DNA of 64,000 nt from Rhodothermales bacterium (GTDB lineage: Bacteria; Bacteroidota; Rhodothermia; Rhodothermales; VXPQ01). The DNA lies in NCBI GenBank assembly GCA_040904565.1, contig JBBDTI010000031.1, positions 39,056-103,055 on the forward strand, read 5' to 3'. Shown here piece by piece: positions 10,090 to 17,534 of the stretch. Each line of letters begins with the position of its first letter. Position 1 is the first letter of the stretch. The position numbers were made by a program, and so were the translations under genes. A model generated the notes under the pieces. It was not told where the DNA came from and did not search any database. It saw nothing but the letters and a program-made list of their open reading frames with translations.

Positions 10090-10857
10090 TCAGCCGGAGG
10101 TGAAATCCGGGTGCCGCCGCACGGCGTCGACGAGGGCGGGGAGGACCTCGCCGGCCGGACCGACAACGGTCTCGTCGATTTCGTGGGCGATCGCGCTCGC
10201 TTCCACGTTGATTTCGGCGACGTAGGCCCCCGAATCGGCGGCGCGAAGCGGGAGCGCGGCGGCTGGATACACGACGGCGCTCGTGCCGATGCTCAGAAAT
10301 ACGTCGGCGCGTTCGGCCGCTGCATGGGCGCGTTCCATGGCCCCGGCCGGCAGCATCTCGCCGAACCAGACGACGTCGGGACGTATGAAGCCTCCGCAGT
10401 CCGGGCAGACGGAGGGTTTGCCGTCCGCCGGCGGTTGCAGATCATCCTGCGTGGCTTCGTGCTCGCAGTCGATGCAGTAGCTGCGCAGGATGTTGCCGTG
10501 GAGTTCCACGACGTTCCTGCTTCCGGCCCGGTGGTGCAGGCGGTCCACGTTCTGCGTTACGATCGTAACGCCATTCGTCATCGTCTCGAGCTCGGCGAGG
10601 GCCGTGTGGCCACGGTTCGGCTCTTTTTCCAGTACGATGCTGCGGCGATGCTCGTACCACTTCTGCACGAGTTCCGGATTCCTCAGAAAGGCGTCGACGT
10701 TGGCCAGCTCTTCGGGCTTGAATCGATTCCAGATTCCGCCTTCGCCCCGGAACGTAGGTATCCCGCTCTCCGCGCTGACGCCGGCCCCGGTCAGGACGCC
10801 GATCCGCCGGGCGCGAGCAAGACGTCCGACGAGCTCGTCACTGAAGGCTTGAGGCAT
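10090..10857 (-). CDS. cobB: NAD-dependent protein deacylase (class III sirtuin)
   Basis: TGAGVSAESGIPTFRG, TQNVDRLH, ELHG, CIDC/CPDC, RPDVVWFGE, GTSAVVYPAA; YxxR motif (WYEHR). Confidence 0.95.
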   Translation of the reverse strand: MPQAFSDELVGRLARARRIGVLTGAGVSAESGIPTFRGEGGIWNRFKPEELANVDAFLRNPELVQKWYEHRRSIVLEKEPNRGHTALAELETMTNGVTIVTQNVDRLHHRAGSRNVVELHGNILRSYCIDCEHEATQDDLQPPADGKPSVCPDCGGFIRPDVVWFGEMLPAGAMERAHAAAERADVFLSIGTSAVVYPAAALPLRAADSGAYVAEINVEASAIAHEIDETVVGPAGEVLPALVDAVRRHPDFTSG

Positions 10858-11917
10858 CAGGTCGTTCCGGATAATCAGGCGAGGGGCGAGGTGCATCGTC
10901 CACCGGTGCGAACTCGGACCTCGGCGGTTGGAGACCGCTCGTATGATCCGACCCATTAGGGTCTGCCTGGTCGGTCACGGGCGCTGGCCGGAGGTCGCGT
11001 TCTACATCCTCTACGATGTCCCGGGCGACGGACGTGAGCCGGAGCGCCTTCGACGGAGGTGGCGAGGCGTTTGCAAACTTGACGTAGTCGGCGGCTACGA
11101 GGACGTTTCGAAGGCGTGCGGTCGTTTCTTCCGAAGGCGTGCCGTGTCGCCTGAGCTCGTGAATGAGCTCCCCCGTCGTGCTTTCAAGAGCCCGCACGTG
11201 CAGCCGCCGGGCGACGTACGTCCGCAGCAGCGCGGAAAGCTCGTCATAATACGGCGGGATGTTGGCCGGATCGGTCAGGTCGAGTCGCTCCAGCGCGTCC
11301 AGGCGCTCGAACGCCTCTCGGTCCGCCGGTACGGGAGGAGCCTGGGGGAGCGCCGACGTGGTCCCGCCCTTCCGTTTGCGATAGAGGTAGAATGCCAGCA
11401 GGGCGGCGGCGACCAGCAAGACCGCCGCCGCGGCGAACGGCCAGGTGGCGGACGGAAAGTCGACGAGCGGCGCCACGTCCTTGATCCCTTCGGCATCGTC
11501 CGGCACCAACGGGGTGACGGGAATCACCCTGGCCTCGGTACGAACGGTAAACGTATCCTCTCCGGCTGTGAACAGGACCGGAATGGAGGCGACGTGCGCC
11601 GTGTCCAGCGCGAAGGTGGTTACCTCATATACGATGCTGTCAATCCGCGGACCCTCAGCCCTGGTGTCCTCGAAGAGGCGGTGAGAGATGACCTCGACGT
11701 CGCCGAACTGAAGGACGGTGGACGTGTCGGCGATGGGAAACCGGGCGGGAGCGGCAAAGTCGTGACGTGCCGTTACTGAGAGCTGAAAGCGATCGCCCAC
11801 CGTGACGCTGTCGACCGTCACGCGGAGGTCAACCTGCTGGGCGGATGCGAACGGCACGGCCAGCAGAAGGACGAGAGCCACGGTTGCGCCGGCAACCGGG
11901 CGGAAGGAAGTTGTCAT
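10838..11917 (-). CDS. Bat-cluster exported/membrane protein (DUF4381/BatD-like)
   Basis: Signal peptide, one TM helix, ALESTT.EL and ADYVKFA motifs typical of the gene between DUF58 and batA; ATGA overlap with DUF58 stop. Confidence 0.8.
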   Translation of the reverse strand: MTTSFRPVAGATVALVLLLAVPFASAQQVDLRVTVDSVTVGDRFQLSVTARHDFAAPARFPIADTSTVLQFGDVEVISHRLFEDTRAEGPRIDSIVYEVTTFALDTAHVASIPVLFTAGEDTFTVRTEARVIPVTPLVPDDAEGIKDVAPLVDFPSATWPFAAAAVLLVAAALLAFYLYRKRKGGTTSALPQAPPVPADREAFERLDALERLDLTDPANIPPYYDELSALLRTYVARRLHVRALESTTGELIHELRRHGTPSEETTARLRNVLVAADYVKFANASPPPSKALRLTSVARDIVEDVERDLRPAPVTDQADPNGSDHTSGLQPPRSEFAPVDDAPRPSPDYPERPDASSLQ

Positions 11918-12792
11918 CGAGACGTCTTGTTTCGGTGGCGGAAGAAGCGTATCAGCGGCTCCACGTACCCTTCGTCCGTGTGAATCGGGACGTAGTCCAT
12001 CCGGATCCGGCGAAAGAGTTCCTGCGTGTAGGTTCGGCGCCGGCGGGCCTGCCACGCGAAAGCTTCTCGCGTTCGCCTGGAGCCCGTATCGATGACGACC
12101 GTCTCATCGGTTTCTGCGTCTGTCAGCTCTAGCAGGCCCATGGACGGCAGGTTCTCTTCGCGTGGATCGATGAGATGAACGGCAATCGTATCGTGACGGC
12201 GGGCGACGACGCGCAGCGGTTTGGCGAATCCGTCGTCCATGAAGTCACTCATCAGGAGAACGATCGAATGCCGGCTCAGCACGTGGAGGATGTGATTCAG
12301 CGCGACAGACAGGTCCGTGCCGCGCGACGCCGGTTCGTGAGCGAAGAGGTCGCGCAGCAGGCGCAGCACGTGACGCCTTCCTTTCTTGGGCGGTACAAAG
12401 AGCTCGATCTGATCGGAGACCAGCAGCAGTCCAACCTTATCGTTGTTCGAGATGGCGCTGAAGCCTACGATCGCGCAAATTTCCGCGGCCACCTCCCGCT
12501 TGAAGTGGGTCTGCGAGCCGAAATCCTCTGACCCCGAGACGTCGACGACGAGCATGACCGTCTGCTCCCGCTCTTCCTCGAACACCTTGACGTACGGGTC
12601 TCCCGTTCGCGCCGACACGTTCCAGTCGATACTTCGGATGTCGTCGCCGAACTGGTAGGGCCTGACCTCGGAGAACTCGATCCCGCGTCCCTTAAAGGCC
12701 GAATGGTATTCTCCGCCGAAGACGTTGTTTACCAGTCCCTTCGTACGGATCTCTATCCGGCGGATTTTCTTGAACAGTTCCTTGGGAATCAT
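11914..12792 (-). CDS. DUF58 domain protein (MoxR-associated)
   Basis: GEYHSAFKGRGIEFSEVRPYQFGDDIRSIDWNVSAR, EEERE, DVSGS. Confidence 0.93.
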   Translation of the reverse strand: MIPKELFKKIRRIEIRTKGLVNNVFGGEYHSAFKGRGIEFSEVRPYQFGDDIRSIDWNVSARTGDPYVKVFEEEREQTVMLVVDVSGSEDFGSQTHFKREVAAEICAIVGFSAISNNDKVGLLLVSDQIELFVPPKKGRRHVLRLLRDLFAHEPASRGTDLSVALNHILHVLSRHSIVLLMSDFMDDGFAKPLRVVARRHDTIAVHLIDPREENLPSMGLLELTDAETDETVVIDTGSRRTREAFAWQARRRRTYTQELFRRIRMDYVPIHTDEGYVEPLIRFFRHRNKTSR

Positions 12793-12805
12793 CGTCGTGA
12801 ACCGA

Positions 12806-13777
12806 TTACTGAGACCATTCCGTCGGTTCTCGGTCCCATCGGTGCTCCGCAAGGCGATCGAGGAGGTCCGCGTCGAGGCCGCCCTTATCGCTGGCGCGCA
12901 TGTTGGCTTCCACGTGGCGCAGCTTCCGCATGCCGGGGATGACGGTCGAGACCGTATCGTTCGAGAGGATGAACCGGAGCGCCATTTCGGGCAGGTCCAT
13001 CTCGCCGGGCACGAGCGGTTTCAGGGCATCCGCATGCTCGACGCTCGGGATGAGGTTCTCCGGTACGAAATACGTGTTGCGCCAGTCGCCTTCCGGCCAG
13101 GTCGAGTCCTTTGTCAGCTTGCCCGTAAGCGTGCCTTCGTCGAATGGAACGCGCGCGATGACCGCTACGTCGTGGTCCCTGCAGGCGGGGAAGAGTTCGT
13201 CTTCCGGAGCCTGATCGAAAATGTTGTAGATAACCTGCACGGAGTCGACCAGTCCGCTCCGGACGGCCTTGACGCCGTTCCACGGCTCCCAGCGATTGAG
13301 GCTGATGCCGATGGCGCGGATGAGGCCCTGGCGACGGAGGTCGTCGAGTTTCCCGTACCACCGATCATCATCCACCCAGCTGTCTTCCCAGACGTGCAGC
13401 TGCATCAGGTCGATGTGGTCGAGTCCGGTGTTTTTGAGGCTCTCCTCGACGCACGCCTGGATGTAATCGGGTGGAAATACCTCGTCCAGCGTGAAGCCGC
13501 GCCGGCTGGGCCACTCCCGGTTCTTCGGGGGGACCTTCGAGGCCGTATAGAGGGTTTTACTGGGATGCTGCTGAACAAGCCTGCCAAGCAGTTTTTCACT
13601 GTGTCCTTCGCCGTATGCCAGGGCGGTATCGAAGAAATTGCATCCCAGTTCGATGGCACGATTCAGCGAGCGCAGCGACTGCTCGTCGTCCGAATTCTCC
13701 CATCCTCCCATACCCCACATGCCGTAACCGACGTCACTGACCTGCCATCCTGTTCGTCCGAATCGGCGATAGTTCAT
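12806..13777 (-). CDS. Aldo/keto reductase
   Basis: [43 protein letters not shown]. Confidence 0.92.
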   Translation of the reverse strand: MNYRRFGRTGWQVSDVGYGMWGMGGWENSDDEQSLRSLNRAIELGCNFFDTALAYGEGHSEKLLGRLVQQHPSKTLYTASKVPPKNREWPSRRGFTLDEVFPPDYIQACVEESLKNTGLDHIDLMQLHVWEDSWVDDDRWYGKLDDLRRQGLIRAIGISLNRWEPWNGVKAVRSGLVDSVQVIYNIFDQAPEDELFPACRDHDVAVIARVPFDEGTLTGKLTKDSTWPEGDWRNTYFVPENLIPSVEHADALKPLVPGEMDLPEMALRFILSNDTVSTVIPGMRKLRHVEANMRASDKGGLDADLLDRLAEHRWDREPTEWSQ

Positions 13778-13959
13778 TATTTAACGCTTATTGGTTTGCG
13801 GTTCGCGCGCCGCTACGATGCGGCACGTATTATGATGCGGCGACTATTATAATGACAAGCTTCGAGGAAGATGCCGCCGAATGTGGATCTCGATGCCTGC
13901 CGGCAAGTTACCACACCGTCTCGCCGGGATACCATGCAATCTTCACGAACACCAGTAGA

Positions 13960-14667
13960 ATGGCCGTCACGTTTGGAATCATCGTCTTTCCGGGATCGAA
14001 TTGCGACCACGACGCCTACCACGTCGCAAAGCACGTATTCGATCAAGATGCCCGTTTCATATGGCATAAGGAGGCACAGCTCGGCGACGTCGACGTGGTG
14101 ATCGTTCCGGGCGGCTTTTCGTACGGAGATTACCTTCGGTCCGGAGCCATCGCGCGATTTTCTCCGATCTTGCAGGATGTCGTTCGTTTTGCCGAGAAGG
14201 GAGGGCTGGTCTTCGGTATCTGCAACGGGTTCCAGATCCTGTGCGAGGCCGGCCTCCTACCCGGTGCGCTGATGCGCAACGCGGCGCTGCGATTCGCCTG
14301 CAAGCAGACGCACCTGCGCGTCGAGAATGCCGAGACTCCCTTTACGTCTCGGCTCAAAGAGGGGCGCGTGCTGCAAATTCCCATCTCTCACGGGGACGGG
14401 AATTATTTTGCGTCGGATGACGTGCTGGACCGGTTGGAAGAGAATCGTCAGGTCGTCTTTCGTTATGCGGAGGCTGACGGACGCATTACGGAGGAGGCCA
14501 ATCCGAATGGGTCGGCCCGAAACATTGCCGGTATCGTCAACGAGGGCCGTAACGTGCTCGGAATGATGCCGCACCCCGATCGCTGTGCGGAGGCGGTGCT
14601 CGGCAGCGGCGACGGACGGTACATCTTCGAATCGATACTCGATCACGTCTCGGCCGTACACGCGTAG
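13960..14667 (+). CDS. purQ: FGAM synthase glutaminase subunit PurQ
   Basis: [43 protein letters not shown]. Confidence 0.96.
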   Translation: MAVTFGIIVFPGSNCDHDAYHVAKHVFDQDARFIWHKEAQLGDVDVVIVPGGFSYGDYLRSGAIARFSPILQDVVRFAEKGGLVFGICNGFQILCEAGLLPGALMRNAALRFACKQTHLRVENAETPFTSRLKEGRVLQIPISHGDGNYFASDDVLDRLEENRQVVFRYAEADGRITEEANPNGSARNIAGIVNEGRNVLGMMPHPDRCAEAVLGSGDGRYIFESILDHVSAVHA

Positions 14668-14699
14668 CCGTCTCTCCCCAGTCTCTTTCTGCGCATCGG

Positions 14700-15344
14700 A
14701 TGTTCGACTTCTCGGAAGCGCCGATCACGCTGATCCTGATCCTGGTCAACGTGCTGGTCAGCGGATACGCGTTGTTCTTCGATGAGTCGCTGATCGATCG
14801 GCTGGCGTTCAAGCCGCGGGAGATCCTTCGGCAGGGGCAGTACCGGCGTTTGTTCACGGCCGGATTCGTACACGTAAGCGGATCGCACCTGCTCTTCAAC
14901 ATGATCACGCTCTATTTCTTCGGGCGTCCGATGGAGCAGTACGTGCTGGGGCCCGGCAAATTTCTGCTGCTCTACGTTGGATCGGAGCTGGCAGCACACG
15001 CCCTCTCGCTTGTCCTGCATCGGGATACGGCGGGATACGCGGCCGTAGGAGCGTCAGGCGCCATCAGCGGCGTCCTCTTCGGATACTGTCTGTTCGCCCC
15101 GCTCCAGCCGATCTACCTGTTCTTCGTGCCCATCGGCATTCCCGCGGCGCTCTTTGCCGTGGGGTACGTCTTCCTTTCGATGTACGCCATGCGGCGGGGG
15201 CGGGAAGGAGGACGCTCCATGACGGGCGGCATCGCGCATGAGGCGCACCTCGGCGGGGCGTTCGGTGGCCTGTTGCTCACGGTACTGTTAGAGCCGCGCG
15301 CCATCTCCATCTTTCTCCAGGAACTGAGTCGCATCGGGATGTAG
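14700..15344 (+). CDS. Rhomboid family intramembrane serine protease
   Basis: H....HLLFNM, catalytic GASG, AHEAHLGG; hydrophobic helices. Confidence 0.93.
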   Translation: MFDFSEAPITLILILVNVLVSGYALFFDESLIDRLAFKPREILRQGQYRRLFTAGFVHVSGSHLLFNMITLYFFGRPMEQYVLGPGKFLLLYVGSELAAHALSLVLHRDTAGYAAVGASGAISGVLFGYCLFAPLQPIYLFFVPIGIPAALFAVGYVFLSMYAMRRGREGGRSMTGGIAHEAHLGGAFGGLLLTVLLEPRAISIFLQELSRIGM

Positions 15345-15423
15345 CTCGATCTAAAACCGTTATTGCACACGGCGGTTGACCCATGTATCCAAGGGGTTAC
15401 GCGAAAAGCACCGTTATTGCCAC

Positions 15424-15452
15424 TTGCGATTAGATCGTGGCGGATCTATATT
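15424..15452 (+). promoter_or_regulatory. Putative sigma70 promoter of candidate sRNA
   Basis: TTGCGA (15424-29), 17 nt spacer, TATATT (15447-52). Confidence 0.6.
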
Positions 15453-15458
15453 AAGATC

Positions 15459-15553
15459 ACCTCATGCGCCTGGAGACCCATTCACGTGGGGACCATCAGT
15501 CGCTTCAACGTGGGCTTCAAGAAGCTCGGTCTGGTGGGCAGGCCGGGCTTTTT
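15459..15553 (+). ncRNA. Candidate ~95-nt small RNA (family unknown; ends approximate)
   Basis: Bounded by a promoter and a 12-bp hairpin + T5; internal stem CCCAT-TCAC-GTGGG. Confidence 0.5.
15522..15553 (+). terminator. Intrinsic terminator
   Basis: AAGCTCGGTCTG-GTGGG-CAGGCCGGGCTT (12 bp with two G.U) running into TTTTT. Confidence 0.7.
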
Positions 15554-15649
15554 GGTCTCCGGCCCTCGGATGCCCAGCTTGTCAACACGCCGCCGACGTC
15601 TTGTGGATATCGTGTTAGTCAATTGTGGATTAGTCGTGGCGCGATTCTC

Positions 15650-15678
15650 TTGACGTGCGCACCCTTCCACGCTATAAT
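15650..15678 (+). promoter_or_regulatory. Near-consensus sigma70 promoter of the large ncRNA candidate
   Basis: TTGACG (15650-55), exactly 17 nt, TATAAT (15673-78); the best match I noticed in the window. Confidence 0.85.
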
Positions 15679-15683
15679 AAGCC

Positions 15684-16719
15684 CAGTGCCTGACGGCACT
15701 GTTCCTTGACGCGACTGAAAACTCTGGGCTGCATGAGGATGCCCGTGCACTGATCGTAAGATCAGTCAGGAGATGCGGCAATCGAACGGCAGGCGGTGCC
15801 GGTTGGTCTGAAGGGGTTCGCCCTCGCAGGCTTTCTGGAACGGCTGCCGGTTTGGATGCATGCGTATCCATTCGCTCACAGACGCGCTGCTTCGGCAGTT
15901 AAGTGTGAGTCGGGTGGAATCGCCAAGCCTTCTCGTCGTGGACCGTGGCTTCGGCCGCCGGTCCCCTCGGTTTCGGCCTTCGGGTCGGCCGAACGGAAGC
16001 GACGGATGGTGCGCATCAGTCCCGCGCGATGCTATGAAGCGATCGGCTGAAAAGCCGTCTGCGGAGAGCGGCGTTTGTTGATGCAGTGAGCTGGAGGATG
16101 TTCGGTGGAGGCCGGACGCGTGATGAAACCGTCTGTCGAAGGACGACGGTGGAACGTGTCCCGGTCGGTGAAGCCGGTATTCGCCACGTGCTCGCCGAGA
16201 GCGGTTTGTGACGAAGCGGCCGTACCTTTGGGTGCGACGTGGATCCAACCGCTCGATGACGCGGCCAACCGCTCGCTGCGGAGAACGACGTTCGACGAAC
16301 CAGGCGGTGCCGGATCGACTCCGGAGCACGGACGCTCTATGACGCGACGGCAGCAATGCCGCCGCTGAGAGCCGACGTGTGATGAAGGAGTGGATCGGCC
16401 AGATCAGCCGGGCGTGGAGCGCGAGCGAGAAAACTGAACGTGCGGGCAATCAAAGGTCCGTGGCTGCTAAACCGTCTGCCCATGCGGTTTAGACGTATCG
16501 CTGCCGGGAAACCGACAGCCGTGCGCACGGCCACCAGTGCCGGTCTTCGTACCGGCAGGAGAGTTGGCCTCCCCACCGATGGTAGGTTGCTGTTTCGGCA
16601 GCGAACTGCATCGAGGGAGGCCGGTCGCGCTGAGGGATAATTACATGGCGCACTCCGGATGCGCCGCACGATTGCACACGATTCTCTGATGCCGCCTGCT
16701 CTCGCAGACGGCATTTTTT
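15684..16719 (+). ncRNA. Candidate large (~1,030 nt) structured non-coding RNA, family unassigned
   Basis: No credible ORF in six frames; own promoter and terminator; dense hairpins with C(UUCG)G and GNRA loops and + strand G.U pairs; long-range 5'/3' helix 15702-15716 with 16623-16637. Confidence 0.8.
16689..16719 (+). terminator. Intrinsic terminator of large ncRNA candidate
   Basis: ATGCCG-C-CTGC-TCTC-GCAG-A-CGGCAT followed by TTTTT. Confidence 0.8.
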
Positions 16720-16799
16720 ATGACAGGGCTTCCCGTTGGGCGCGGAATGGACATTCCGTTCGCATGTTTCCCTCCATCAGCCGTTAGCTGGTTTTCGGC

Positions 16800-17450
16800 A
16801 TGTCCCTCGCCGCGCGCGTCCACGTCATCGTCGTCAACTACCAGACTCCGGACCTGCTGGATACGGCCGTGCGGTCGTTCGTCGAGCACTACCCGGACGT
16901 TCCCCTGCTGATCGTCGACAACGGGTCCCGCGACGCGTCACGAGACGTCATCGAGACACTGCATGCTGACCTTGCGAACGTGTCGTCCCTCCAGTTGGAG
17001 GAAAACCGCTATCACGGGCCGGCCATGGACCTGGCCCTGCGGCACGTAGATGTCGACTACGTGTTTTTGCTGGACAGCGACACGAAGACCATGAGGGGAG
17101 GTTTCCTCGAGGAGATGCTGGCGCGATCCGAGGAGCCGAACGTATACGGTGTCGGAAAGATCGCGGAGGTAAACGAACGTGGATTTGCCGCGACACGGGG
17201 CATACCCGTGCTCGTGAGCGCCTACATGCTCATCGATCGAGAACGCTATCTCGACCTTCCGCCGTTTATTCACCACGGTCTTCCCGCCCTTCAAAACTTT
17301 CGCGCGGCGGCCGAAGCAGGATACCGACTCGAACCCTTTCCCGTAGACGAGTATATCGAGCATTTCGGACGGGGGACGGCCGAGCGGTACGGATACGGGT
17401 TGGGCTGGAAGGGGCGCCTCGATTACCTGCTCAACAAGCTGGGCTTTTAG
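16800..17450 (+). CDS. Glycosyltransferase family 2
   Basis: IVVNYQT, IVDNGSRD, DxD (LLDSD). Confidence 0.88.
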   Translation: MSLAARVHVIVVNYQTPDLLDTAVRSFVEHYPDVPLLIVDNGSRDASRDVIETLHADLANVSSLQLEENRYHGPAMDLALRHVDVDYVFLLDSDTKTMRGGFLEEMLARSEEPNVYGVGKIAEVNERGFAATRGIPVLVSAYMLIDRERYLDLPPFIHHGLPALQNFRAAAEAGYRLEPFPVDEYIEHFGRGTAERYGYGLGWKGRLDYLLNKLGF

Positions 17451-17534
17451 GCTTCGCGCGATGACGGCGCTATCGCATGGCGCTACCACATGGCACTATC
17501 GCCTTGCGCCTCTACCGATCGCCGCAGCGGAACA

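Noticed and set aside
15453-16570. Degenerate 16S rRNA (GATCACCTC at 15455, GGAGAGTT at 16558)
   Set aside because: Fragments are short, in the wrong order, and no universal 16S/23S motifs are present
15684-16719. RNase P, tmRNA or group I/II intron as identity of the large RNA
   Set aside because: No GAGGAAAGTCC/ACAGAA..CGGCTTA, no tRNA-like ends with CCA, no recognisable domain V or P7, no interrupted host gene; GOLLD/ROOL/OLE/MISL cannot be excluded by eye
15363-16889. ORF-track frames in the gap (e.g. 15766-16449 minus, 15482-15871 minus)
   Set aside because: Arg/Ser/Pro-rich, no motifs or RBS, mutually overlapping; typical GC-rich spurious frames
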